A program made the translations under genes and the position numbers. DNA of 64,000 bases from Chthoniobacteraceae bacterium (lineage in GTDB: Bacteria > Verrucomicrobiota > Verrucomicrobiia > Chthoniobacterales > Chthoniobacteraceae): contig JANNXQ010000130.1 in the NCBI GenBank assembly GCA_031409655.1, forward strand, positions 11,130 through 75,129, given 5' to 3'. Shown piece after piece: positions 39,729-48,888 of this stretch; position 1 is the stretch's first letter, and every line of letters begins with the position of its first letter. Below the pieces are notes generated by a model that saw only the letters and a program-made list of their open reading frames with translations, was not told where the DNA came from and ran no database searches.

Positions 39729-41426
39729 GTGCGCCCGGCCCTGCTGCGATCCGTCCTCTCCGTTTTGTCCGTCCTGCTGCTTGCTGCGTGCAAGCCTGCG
39801 GCCCCACCGGCTGCGAGTTCCTCACCAGCAAAGGAACGGATGGCGGAACCCAGCGCGTTGAAGCTGCGCTTCACCTACGGTTCGGAGAAGGAGGAGTGGG
39901 TGAAGGCGGTCACGGCGGATTTCAATCAGCGTAATATCAAGACTACCGCCGGAAAACCCATCCGCGTGGAGGCCGTGGCCAAGGGCTCGGGTGAACTGAT
40001 CGACGGCCTGCTCGCCGGCACGGATCGCGCGCATCTCGCGAGCCCGGCGTCGGGCGCTTTCGTGAAGCTCGGCAACGCTCAATCCCGCGCGCGCTCGGGC
40101 GCGGATTTGCTCGGCTCCACGGAGAATCTCGTGCTCTCGCCCGTGGTCATCGCGATGTGGCAGCCGATGGCGGAGGCGATCGGCTGGGGGAAAAAGCCCG
40201 TGGGCTGGAGCGACATCCTCGCGGTCGCGGGCAGTCAGCAGGGCTGGGGCGCGTTCGGCTTTCCGCAGTGGGGGCAGTTTAAGTTTGGGCACACGCATCC
40301 GCAGTTCAGCAATAGCGGACTCATCTCGCTCTTCGCGGAAGTGTATGCGGCGACGGGGAAAGTGGGCGGGCTCACGCTCGATGACATCGCCAAGCCCGAG
40401 ACGGCAAAGTATCTCGCGGGCATCGAGCGCTCGGTCGTCCACTACGGCAGTTCCACGGGTTTCTTCGGGAAGAAGATGTTTGCCAACGGCCCCGAATATC
40501 TCAGCGCGGCGGTGCTGTACGAAAACATGGTCATCGAGTCGCGCGGGCCGACTTACCGGCTGCCTTTCCCAATCGTCGCGATTTATCCGAAGGAAGGCAC
40601 CTTCTGGAGTGACCATCCGGTGGGTGTGGTCGAGCGCGAATGGGTCACGCCAGAGCATCGCGAGGCGGCCAAGAGTTACATCGCCTTTCTGCTCGAGCGT
40701 CCGCAGCAGGAACGCGCGTTGCAATTCGGCTTCCGCCCGGCCGCCGTGGATGTCGCGCTCGGGGCGCCGATCGACGCCGCGCACGGCGTGAATCCCAAGG
40801 AACCGCAAACCACTCTCGACCTGCCGAGCACGGAGGCCATGGATGCAATCCTGCGGCTCTGGCAGCAAAACAAGAAGCACTCGAACATCACGCTCGTCTT
40901 CGACGTGTCTGGCAGCATGAAGGTGGGCAACCTCATCGAGAACGCCCGCGACGGAGCGCTCGAACTGCTCAAGGCGCTCGGTGACGAGGATTCCTTCGCG
41001 CTCGTGCCCTTCAACAACACGGTGCTCTCGCGCGACGATCCCACGCTGCTGCGCCAGACGCGCTCCCAAGCGGTGCAGAGGACCAATTCGCTCTTCGCCA
41101 GCGGCGGCACCGCGCTCTACGACGCGATCCTCGCCGCCTACCGGCAACAGATGGCGCGCGCGTCCACCAACACGGACAAGATTTCCGCCGTCGTCGTGCT
41201 GACCGACGGCGCCGACACCGATAGCAAAATCAAGCTCCCTCAGCTTCTCGAGCAACTCCGCTTCGACGCCGAGCGGAACAGCATCCGCGTCTTCACCATC
41301 GGCTACGGCGGCGCTGCGGAGAACAAGGTGCTGAAGCAAATCTCCGACGCCACGCAGGCAAAATTTTACGTCGGCACGACCGACAACATCCGCGAAGTCT
41401 TCAAGGACATCTCCACTTTCTTCTGA
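39729..41426 (+). CDS. Lipoprotein: solute-binding-protein domain plus vWA domain
   Basis: Lipobox LAAC, an SBP region (FGHTHPQFSNSG, YENMVI, GFRP), and an intact MIDAS (DVSGS, GGTALYD, LTDG). Confidence 0.88.
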   Translation: MRPALLRSVLSVLSVLLLAACKPAAPPAASSSPAKERMAEPSALKLRFTYGSEKEEWVKAVTADFNQRNIKTTAGKPIRVEAVAKGSGELIDGLLAGTDRAHLASPASGAFVKLGNAQSRARSGADLLGSTENLVLSPVVIAMWQPMAEAIGWGKKPVGWSDILAVAGSQQGWGAFGFPQWGQFKFGHTHPQFSNSGLISLFAEVYAATGKVGGLTLDDIAKPETAKYLAGIERSVVHYGSSTGFFGKKMFANGPEYLSAAVLYENMVIESRGPTYRLPFPIVAIYPKEGTFWSDHPVGVVEREWVTPEHREAAKSYIAFLLERPQQERALQFGFRPAAVDVALGAPIDAAHGVNPKEPQTTLDLPSTEAMDAILRLWQQNKKHSNITLVFDVSGSMKVGNLIENARDGALELLKALGDEDSFALVPFNNTVLSRDDPTLLRQTRSQAVQRTNSLFASGGTALYDAILAAYRQQMARASTNTDKISAVVVLTDGADTDSKIKLPQLLEQLRFDAERNSIRVFTIGYGGAAENKVLKQISDATQAKFYVGTTDNIREVFKDISTFF

Positions 41427-41429
41427 CCT

Positions 41430-42650
41430 ATGGCCGACGAACCCAAATTCACCTTTCTGGGCAAGCTCTTCATCTTTCTCTTCGTCGCCGCGTGCGCCTT
41501 CGGGGCGTATCGGATGTTTCGCAAGGAACCGATCGCGATCGGCGTGCCGCCGCGCGCGGCGACTCCGACTGTGGACACTCCCGCGACCGAGGTCCACACG
41601 GCTGGCGGTCAGGACGCGTCCGTCGAGATCGGCATCGCTTACGGCACGGAAAAACAGCGCTGGCTCATCTGGGCGTCGGACGAGTTTGCAAAGACCGCCC
41701 AGGGCCGAAAGACAAAGATCAATCTCATCCCGATGGGTTCGCTCGATGGCGCGAATGCGGTGCTGCGCGGCGATCAGCGGATCACCGTCTGGAGTCCGGC
41801 GAGCGCGCTGTACAAGGATGTCTTCGCGCAGGAATGGACGCTCAAGAACAACAAGAACCCCATCGTCCGCGAAGAGGCGCTTGCACTCAGCCCGATGGTC
41901 TTTGTGCTCTGGCAGGAGCGCCACGAATCCTTCGCCGCAAAATACAAGGACGTGAGCTTCGAGACCGTGGCTGCCGCCTTGCGCGAAGCGGGCGGCTGGG
42001 ACGCGATCGCGCAGAAGCCAGAGTGGGGACTGTTTAAGTTCGGCCACGCGCATCCCAATCAATCGAACAGCGGCCTGATGACCCTCGTGCTCATGGCCTA
42101 CGACTTTCACAACAAGAACCAGGGCCTCACCCTCAAGGCGCTGCTCGACCCGAAATTCCAGACGTGGATGAACGGCATCGAATCCGCCGTGACCGGCCTC
42201 TCCGGCAGCACCGGCAATATGATGCGCGACATGGTGCTGCGCGGTCCATCGAGCTACGACGCGCTCTTCGTCTATGAAAATGTCGCCATCGACTACCTCA
42301 AGAATGCCGAGGGCCGCTGGGGCCAGCTCCACATCGCCTACCCGAAGCGCAATCTGTGGAACGACAATCCCTACTACATCCTCGACGTGCCGTGGAGCGA
42401 CGCCGCGCAGCGCAAGGCCGCCGGCGCCTTCCTCGACTTCCTGCTCACCGAAACCATCCAGCGCGAGGCGCTCAAGCACGGCTTCCGCCCCGGCAATCCC
42501 GCGGTGCCCGTGAAGTTCCCGGAGAGCCCGTTCACGGTGTACGCGCAGAACGGGCTGCAAATCGAAGTCGGGACCGTCTGCGAAACACCCAAGGCCGAGG
42601 TCATCAAGACGCTGCTCGACATCTGGCAGCGCGGCCAGAGCGGACGCTGA
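41430..42650 (+). CDS. Membrane-anchored solute-binding protein, paralog of the upstream gene without vWA
   Basis: N-terminal TM; shares YGTEK, WSPAS, LSPMV, FGHAHPNQSNSG, YENVAI and GFRP with the upstream protein. Confidence 0.85.
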   Translation: MADEPKFTFLGKLFIFLFVAACAFGAYRMFRKEPIAIGVPPRAATPTVDTPATEVHTAGGQDASVEIGIAYGTEKQRWLIWASDEFAKTAQGRKTKINLIPMGSLDGANAVLRGDQRITVWSPASALYKDVFAQEWTLKNNKNPIVREEALALSPMVFVLWQERHESFAAKYKDVSFETVAAALREAGGWDAIAQKPEWGLFKFGHAHPNQSNSGLMTLVLMAYDFHNKNQGLTLKALLDPKFQTWMNGIESAVTGLSGSTGNMMRDMVLRGPSSYDALFVYENVAIDYLKNAEGRWGQLHIAYPKRNLWNDNPYYILDVPWSDAAQRKAAGAFLDFLLTETIQREALKHGFRPGNPAVPVKFPESPFTVYAQNGLQIEVGTVCETPKAEVIKTLLDIWQRGQSGR

Positions 42651-42660
42651 TTCGCGAGCT

Positions 42661-43476
42661 GTGTGGCGCTACCTCAAAGCCGCCTTTCACGCGCGGCCCG
42701 ACATCCCCGGCCTCGGGCGGTTGCCGGTGAATCTCATCGCGCTCATCGGCCTGACCATCCTTGGGTTCGGACACCCGGGATTCTGGCTGCTCGGCGCCGG
42801 CGGCGAGGCGGCCTATCTCGCCGCGCTCGCCACGAACCGGCGCTTCCGGCGTCTGATCGACGCGCAGGATTTGCAGCTCCAGAGCGGCGAGGAAAACGAC
42901 CAGCGGCGCGGCGTCATCGAGACCCTCTCGGAGCAGCGACGCGCGCGGCTCGCTTCAATCGAAGCGCGCTGCGCGAAAGTCATCAAACTGCATCAGAACG
43001 CGCAGACCGACGGGTTTGTGGTCGATGGCAACCGCGAGGCGCTCGCGAAACTCCAGTGGCTCTATCTCAAGCTGCTCGTCGCGGAGCAGAATCTCGAAAA
43101 CATCCAGACCGCCATCGCCGAGGAACATCTCCGGCGGCAGATCGAAGAAATCGCGGGCGAACTGCGGGATGAAGATCTCACACGGTCCTTGCGCGAGTCG
43201 AAGGAAGCCACGCTGCACATCCTGGAAAAGCGGCTCACGAACTTGAACCGGCGCGAAGAATCGCTCGAAGAGATCGGCAGCGACCTCGTGCGGATCGAAG
43301 CGCAGATCGATCTCGCCCTGGAAAACGCCGGGATGCGCGGCGGCCAGCCCGAGACCATCTCCGCGAATATCAAACTCGTGAGCCACCTCCTGGACGACTC
43401 CGTCTTCGGCGACTCGAGCGACTCGATCACCGCGCTGGACCGCACCTTCGGCACCGAAGACTCGCAGGCGCAGTAG
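42661..43476 (+). CDS. Two-TM coiled-coil membrane protein
   Basis: Two N-terminal hydrophobic helices, then a long heptad-rich helical region. Confidence 0.8.
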   Translation: MWRYLKAAFHARPDIPGLGRLPVNLIALIGLTILGFGHPGFWLLGAGGEAAYLAALATNRRFRRLIDAQDLQLQSGEENDQRRGVIETLSEQRRARLASIEARCAKVIKLHQNAQTDGFVVDGNREALAKLQWLYLKLLVAEQNLENIQTAIAEEHLRRQIEEIAGELRDEDLTRSLRESKEATLHILEKRLTNLNRREESLEEIGSDLVRIEAQIDLALENAGMRGGQPETISANIKLVSHLLDDSVFGDSSDSITALDRTFGTEDSQAQ

Positions 43477-43591
43477 TAGGGCAGGCATCCCTGCCTGTCG
43501 TCGTCCGCCGGGCTTCCAGCCTGGCATGTTCGGTGTGCGCAAGCCGGGCAGGATGCCCGGCGGACAACCACAGGCTAGAGGCCTGCACTAC
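43476..43591. repeat. GTAG-type REP doublet between convergent genes
   Basis: GTAGGGCAGGCATCCCTGCCTG ... CAGGCTAGAGGCCTGCACTAC; same family as 51703-51793. Confidence 0.8.
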
Positions 43592-45240
43592 TACCGCCCA
43601 CGGAACGCCTCCGGCACGAACTCCGCATCGCTCGCTTCCGCGACGGCGAGGCCGATCTGGAAATCCATGATCTCCCGCGCGACCGGACTGCGATACCCGG
43701 CGAGCACCGTGCGGAGCACTTCGCTCAGCGGTGCGCCGCCGGTTTGCACGGTGCGGTAGAGTTTGATTGCCAGCGTCTCGGCAGCGCCGGGTGTGAGAAG
43801 CGTCGGGAGTAAATCGCGGAGCGCGGGGAATTCCGTTTCGGGGATTTCGAGATCGAGTCGTTTCGCGAGCACTCGCAGGAGCGAGAAGCTTTCCTCCGGC
43901 GTCGTTGTCGGGAAGATCGGGATCTTCATATCCACGCGACCCGGTCGCTTGAGATCGACTTCGATCAAGTCCGGCCGGCTTGAGGCGAGGATCCAGACGA
44001 TTTTCCCGCGGTTGGCCGTGTTGCTCATCTCTTTCGCAAACATCGAATACACGCGGCCCGAGAGGCCCGAGTCGTTGCTCCCGGCGTCGCGGCGTCCGAG
44101 CGCCTGATCGGCTTCGTCGATGAAGACAAAGCACCGCCCGAGCGCCTGGAGCAAGCGGAAGATTTTTTCGAGATTGCCCTCAGTGCTGCCCACCCATTTG
44201 TCGCGGAAGTTTTTGATCTTCACCACGGGGACGTCCGCCTCGCCGGCCAGGCACTCGACGAGGTACGTCTTGCCCGTGCCCACCGGGCCGCAGACCAGGT
44301 AACCCATCGGCATCGCGCGGAGATCGTTCTGCTTCCACAGCGCCAGATCCTGGCGCAGCCACTCCTTGAGCTTTGGCTGGCCGTGGAAATCGTCGAGCGT
44401 GCGCCGCGATTCGGTGAACTCGATGAGCCCGTTGCAATCCTTCTCCACGAGTTCCTTTTTCAGCTTCACGAGATCGGCGGCGCGGATCGGTGCGCGGCGA
44501 TGCTCGGCCAGCTTGAGCATATTGCCGGCGGCATTGAGCGTCGCGCCGGTGAGTTGCGCGGCGAGTCGCGGCAGGTCGGTGGAAAATTCCCGCAGCGCCG
44601 CCGGATGCCGCTCCACGAAAATCTCGAACGCGCCGCGCATTTCCTCCGGCGCAGGCAGCGGCAGCTTGATCGCGGCGGTTTGCGGATTGTTCACGAGCAG
44701 CGGATGCAGGTCGTTCAGATTCTCGACGATGAGGAAACTGACGAGCGACGAACGCAGCAGCAGTTTGTCGCCGGACCATTCGCGCAGCAGAGAGGCGAGG
44801 GCGTTGAGGTCGTAGTTCAGCGCGCCGGGCACCGCGGGCGCGACGAGCTGCGCGGCCTTGACCACGCAGCCCACCTGCACCGCCGGCTGCCCGAGTTGCG
44901 CGAGATTCGCCGCGTAGCGGAAGTAATGGGTGCAGGCCTCGATCGCCCCGCGCGGCGAGCGCCGATCGATGCTCTCCTGGGCGCTGCGCCACTGCGAAAA
45001 AATCTCGCCGCCCTTTTCCACACGCAAGCCATTGCCGAGATCGTAGCTGAGGATGACCTCGAACCGCGGCAGCAGCACTTTGTGCAGAAAATCGTCGAGT
45101 GTCCCGAGTGCTGCCTGACCGCCGAGCGGGAGGAGGAATTGATCGCCAGTGTTGCCGTAGAGGATGAACTGATTCGCCGACTGGCTCTCATAGAGCGCGA
45201 TCAGTTCGGTCGCCCACGAGGGGAGAGCGGGCGCGGTCAT
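43591..45240 (-). CDS. Classical-clade AAA+ ATPase with a degenerate N-terminal AAA-like domain
   Basis: GPVGTGKT, KWVG pore loop, FVFIDE and SRH ASSRPDLIEVDLKRPGRVD; N-terminal ILYGNTGD. Confidence 0.9.
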   Translation of the reverse strand: MTAPALPSWATELIALYESQSANQFILYGNTGDQFLLPLGGQAALGTLDDFLHKVLLPRFEVILSYDLGNGLRVEKGGEIFSQWRSAQESIDRRSPRGAIEACTHYFRYAANLAQLGQPAVQVGCVVKAAQLVAPAVPGALNYDLNALASLLREWSGDKLLLRSSLVSFLIVENLNDLHPLLVNNPQTAAIKLPLPAPEEMRGAFEIFVERHPAALREFSTDLPRLAAQLTGATLNAAGNMLKLAEHRRAPIRAADLVKLKKELVEKDCNGLIEFTESRRTLDDFHGQPKLKEWLRQDLALWKQNDLRAMPMGYLVCGPVGTGKTYLVECLAGEADVPVVKIKNFRDKWVGSTEGNLEKIFRLLQALGRCFVFIDEADQALGRRDAGSNDSGLSGRVYSMFAKEMSNTANRGKIVWILASSRPDLIEVDLKRPGRVDMKIPIFPTTTPEESFSLLRVLAKRLDLEIPETEFPALRDLLPTLLTPGAAETLAIKLYRTVQTGGAPLSEVLRTVLAGYRSPVAREIMDFQIGLAVAEASDAEFVPEAFRGR

Positions 45241-45250
45241 CCGTGGATGC

Positions 45251-46003
45251 CTACGCCTGCGTCTCGGGGCCGAGCGTCTTCGTTACCGTGGTCGCTGCGG
45301 GCGCGCTCTCGGCGGACGGCGTCTCCAGCGCGAGACCTTCCCGCGCGGCAAAGTCCGCCAGTGCTTGATCCGCGAGCGCCTTCTGCTCCTCCTCCTTCAC
45401 GCGCACCCCGGTCATGTCGATGGAATCCCGCGCGACCCGCGCCCGGCCCGCCGCCTTCTCCCGATCCTCCTCCACCATCTCGTGCAGCCGATTCAGCGTG
45501 TCGCCCGAACCACCGATGGTGCTGACCATGCCCGCCGCCATTTCCGCCATCTCCGCCGTGGCCTTCTTGATCTTCAGATCGGTGAGGCTGTACTTCAGCG
45601 CCTCAATCTTGTCCTGCGCCGCCTTGATGGATACATCGCGCGCCCGGATGAGCTCCTGATATGTCTTCTCCGCCTGCGCGAGCTGGGTGCGATTCTCGGT
45701 GAGTTGCGAAGTGACCGACTGGAGCCGCAGCGCGTACTGCCCCGCGGCGTCGCGATTGCCGGCGCGCAGATTCGCCGTGGCCTTGGCACGCAGGTCGCGC
45801 TCCTCGGTTTCGAGCTTTTTCACCTGCGTCATGAGTCGCTCGCACAACCCAGCGTGCGACGCGAGACCTTGATTGTAATTGGCGATCTGCTTGCGCAGAT
45901 TTTCCTTTTCCACCTCCATCAGCGCCTCGGGATTGGCCCGCTCCATCCCTGAGACAAAGAGGCCGAGAAACCCACGGAAGAGATTGGCGATGCGCTTGAA
46001 CAT
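45251..46003 (-). CDS. pspA: PspA/IM30 (bacterial ESCRT-III) family protein
   Basis: N-terminal amphipathic helix MFKRIANLFRG, then NPEALME, coiled coils, RAAGRARVA-like end region, and a C-terminal extension. Confidence 0.85.
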   Translation of the reverse strand: MFKRIANLFRGFLGLFVSGMERANPEALMEVEKENLRKQIANYNQGLASHAGLCERLMTQVKKLETEERDLRAKATANLRAGNRDAAGQYALRLQSVTSQLTENRTQLAQAEKTYQELIRARDVSIKAAQDKIEALKYSLTDLKIKKATAEMAEMAAGMVSTIGGSGDTLNRLHEMVEEDREKAAGRARVARDSIDMTGVRVKEEEQKALADQALADFAAREGLALETPSAESAPAATTVTKTLGPETQA

Positions 46004-46265
46004 AGGGACGTGGAATGGAGACTATCGCCCGGCAAAAGAGCGGGCAATCCCCAAGAGCGCAGCGCACCCGCCTCTCCCGCATGGCTTTCCTCGACTTCCA
46101 TTTCTTCTCCGCTGCGCTCGGCGTCACTTGCTCGACGCAGGTGCTCATCCCGCAGGCGACTGCCTCGCAGGTTGGCATGGTGGGATGCGGGCATCCAGCA
46201 CGTGCTCGAATGGCTGGAGATTTTCCTGCTCAACTTTTCGCCCGGCGTGGGTTCTCCTCAGCACC

Positions 46266-46784
46266 ATGAACCTCAAAGCAACCCTCACCGCGCTCTTCTC
46301 CCTCGCCTTCCTCCCCATCACTTCCCATGCCGAGCCACTGGCCCTTGGCGCACCGGCTCCCGACATCAGCGGGGTCGATCAGAATGGCAAGACCGTGAAA
46401 TTCAAAGACGTGTATGCGAAAGGCCCGACGCTCGTTTATTTCTATCCCAAGGCCGACACCGGCGGCTGCACCAAACAGGGCTGCAGCATTCGCGACTCCT
46501 GGACCGATCTCCAGGCGAAGGGCATGCAGGTGCTTGGCGTGAGCATCGATCCGGTCGAAGCGCAGAAGAAATTCGCGGACAAAAATCAGTTCCCTTTCAC
46601 CCTCATCGCCGACGCCGACGGCAAGGTCGCTGCGGCCTTCCAGGTGGACATGAGAGGCAAGATGACGATGCGCCAATCGTTCCTCGTCAAAGACGGCAAG
46701 ATCGCCTGGACCATGCTCAAAGCCTCCACCGAAACTCATGCCAAGGACGTGCTGGACGCCGTCGCGGCGCTGCCAAAAAAATAA
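46266..46784 (+). CDS. bcp: Exported BCP/PrxQ peroxiredoxin
   Basis: Signal peptide and YFYPKADTGGCTKQGC. Confidence 0.88.
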   Translation: MNLKATLTALFSLAFLPITSHAEPLALGAPAPDISGVDQNGKTVKFKDVYAKGPTLVYFYPKADTGGCTKQGCSIRDSWTDLQAKGMQVLGVSIDPVEAQKKFADKNQFPFTLIADADGKVAAAFQVDMRGKMTMRQSFLVKDGKIAWTMLKASTETHAKDVLDAVAALPKK

Positions 46785-46803
46785 CCCGCCGAGCGTTTTT
46801 CAC

Positions 46804-46841
46804 GAACGCGCGACTTCGCAAGAGGTCGCGCGTTTCGTTTT
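46804..46841 (+). terminator. Putative intrinsic terminator after bcp
   Basis: Stem AACGCGCGAC/GTCGCGCGTT followed by TCGTTTT. Confidence 0.5.
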
Positions 46842-46848
46842 GCGCCGC

Positions 46849-46985
46849 GCGCTTTGGAGTGCGGTGACTTGTCACCGCTTTCGCGCGAGCGACTTGTCGC
46901 TCGGCCCTGTCCCGTCCCACACCCACCGCAGCGGACAAGTCCGCTCCACCACAAAGCGCGGACAAGTCCGCGCAGTCCAAAGCGC
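46849..46985. repeat. REP doublet (TTTGGAGTGCG...CGCAGTCCAAA family)
   Basis: GCGCTTTGGAGTGCGGTGACTTGTCACCGCTTT ... AAAGCGCGGACAAGTCCGCGCAGTCCAAAGCGC, with internal GACTTGTC/GACAAGTC units. Confidence 0.8.
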
Positions 46986-47944
46986 TACTTCGCCCGCGGA
47001 TGGAAGCGGTGATGGACGCTTTTCAGGTGCCGCTGATCGACATGCGTGTAGATCTGCGTCGTCGCGATGTCGGCGTGGCCGAGGAGTTCCTGGATGATTC
47101 GCAAGTCCGCGCCATTTCCGAGCAGATGGGTGGCAAAGCTGTGCCGGAGGAGGTGCGGATACACATTCGTTTCGAGGCCCGCGAGTTTCGCCGCGCCTTT
47201 CACGATCTGCCAGACCCGCACCGTGGTGAGCTTGGTGCCGCGGGCGGAGAGGAAGACTTCATTGCCTGTGCGTTTCTTCACCTGCGCCGGACGCTCACGC
47301 GCGAGATATAGCTGGATGGCAGCGCACGCCTTGCTGCCCACGGGCACGAGCCGCGTTTTGCTGCCCTTCCCGGTGACGCGCAGAATGCGGTTGTCGAGAT
47401 CGAGGAATTCGAGCCGCGCATTCACCAATTCGGACACCCGAAGCCCGCTGGCATAGAGCAGCTCAAGCATCGCTCGATCGCGCAGCCCGCGCGGCGCGTT
47501 CACATCGATGCCGTCGAGCAGCCGCTCCACTTGCAGCTCATTGAGCGTCTCCGGCAGATAGCGCTCGATGCGCGGCAGCGGGAAGACCTCCGCCGGGTCA
47601 CGCTCCAGCCGCTTCCGCGCGACCAGCCAGCGGAAGAAGATCTTGATCGCTACCACCACGAGCTTGATCGACGAAGCCGCGAGACCCGTCCGTTTTTTGT
47701 GCGCGAGGTAATCCGTGATGAGCGCCGACGTCACCTCTCGCGCTTCGAAGACCGGCTCCGGAGGCGGCGTGCCCACTCGGATCATCTGCTGCAACGCCGC
47801 GTCCCCGATTTGCTCCACGAGCCGCCGCCGCTCGAGCCAATGCGCGAAGCCCTCCAGCGAAAGGCGCGTCGAGAGCTGGTAATTATCCGAGAGCCCGCGC
47901 TCGGTCGCGAGGTAGAGGAGGAAGTCTTCGATCTCAGCGCGCAC
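46985..47944 (-). CDS. xerD: Tyrosine recombinase XerD
   Basis: LRDRAMLELLYASGLRVSEL, GKGSKTRLVP, PHLLRHSFATHLL and LGHADIATTQIYTHV. Confidence 0.88.
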   Translation of the reverse strand: MRAEIEDFLLYLATERGLSDNYQLSTRLSLEGFAHWLERRRLVEQIGDAALQQMIRVGTPPPEPVFEAREVTSALITDYLAHKKRTGLAASSIKLVVVAIKIFFRWLVARKRLERDPAEVFPLPRIERYLPETLNELQVERLLDGIDVNAPRGLRDRAMLELLYASGLRVSELVNARLEFLDLDNRILRVTGKGSKTRLVPVGSKACAAIQLYLARERPAQVKKRTGNEVFLSARGTKLTTVRVWQIVKGAAKLAGLETNVYPHLLRHSFATHLLGNGADLRIIQELLGHADIATTQIYTHVDQRHLKSVHHRFHPRAK

Positions 47945-47972
47945 GCTGCGGCTTTAACAGAACCGCCGCACT

Positions 47973-48863
47973 TCAACAGCTTCCTTCCAACTTCCGTCCC
48001 GTGAGACGCTCGAAAGCTTCGAGGTACTTCGCGCTCGTCCTGGCGATGACTTCCGACGGCAGCGCGGGGGCCGGCGGCGTCTTGTCCCAGGGGAGCGTCT
48101 CGAGGTAGTCGCGGACGAATTGCTTGTCGTAGCTCGGCGGGCTGATGCCGGTGCGGTATTCGTCCGCGGGCCAGAAGCGGGAGCTGTCGGGCGTAAGGCA
48201 TTCGTCGATCAGGATCACGCGGCCATCGAGCAGGCCAAACTCGAACTTCGTATCCGCGACGATGATGCCTCGCCCGGCAGCGTAGGCACGCCCTTCTTCG
48301 TAAATGCGCAGACTCAGCGCGCGCACTTGCGTGGCCACGTCTTCGCCAACGATGCGCCGGCATTCGTCCCAGGAGATGTTTTCGTCGTGGCCGCTCGCGG
48401 CTTTGGTCGAAGGCGTGAAGATGGGCTCCGGCAATTGCTGCGCCTGCTGCAAGCTGGCTGGCAAGGCGATGCCGCAGATGCTCTGGCGCTCGCGATATTC
48501 CTTCCAGCCACTGCCGGCGAGGTAGCCACGCACCACGCACTCGACGGCAAGCGGCTGGGCTTTTTTCACGACCATCGCCCGCTGGGAAAGCTGCGCAGCA
48601 AAGGGCTGGAGGGCCGCTGGGAAATCGCGAACCTCCGTCGCGACGACATGACTTTCGACGAAGCCGAAGCGCTCAAACCAGAATGCGGAGATGGCAGTGA
48701 GGACCGCGCCTTTGTGCGGGATGGGATTCGGCAGGATGCAATCGAAGGCGCTGATGCGATCCGTGGCGACGAGGAGGAGGTGTTCGCCGAGGTCGAAAAT
48801 TTCGCGCACTTTGCCACTGGCGATTTTGCGGATGCCGGGGAGATCGAGGGTCAGGAGGTCCAT
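47973..48863 (-). CDS. purC: SAICAR synthetase
   Basis: SGKVREIF, TDRISAFD, ECVVRGYLAGSGW, ADTKFEFG and DECLTPDSSRFW. Confidence 0.97.
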   Translation of the reverse strand: MDLLTLDLPGIRKIASGKVREIFDLGEHLLLVATDRISAFDCILPNPIPHKGAVLTAISAFWFERFGFVESHVVATEVRDFPAALQPFAAQLSQRAMVVKKAQPLAVECVVRGYLAGSGWKEYRERQSICGIALPASLQQAQQLPEPIFTPSTKAASGHDENISWDECRRIVGEDVATQVRALSLRIYEEGRAYAAGRGIIVADTKFEFGLLDGRVILIDECLTPDSSRFWPADEYRTGISPPSYDKQFVRDYLETLPWDKTPPAPALPSEVIARTSAKYLEAFERLTGRKLEGSC

Positions 48864-48888
48864 GGAAAAAACTTGGGCGGGGCGAGAG

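Noticed and set aside
39822..42560. 912-aa minus-strand ORF and similar long antisense ORFs throughout the window
   Set aside because: These are typical high-GC shadows of well-supported genes on the opposite strand.
46985..47944. Tyrosine recombinase as a prophage or island integrase
   Set aside because: The motifs and the position next to purC fit housekeeping XerD, with no att/tRNA site or phage genes nearby.
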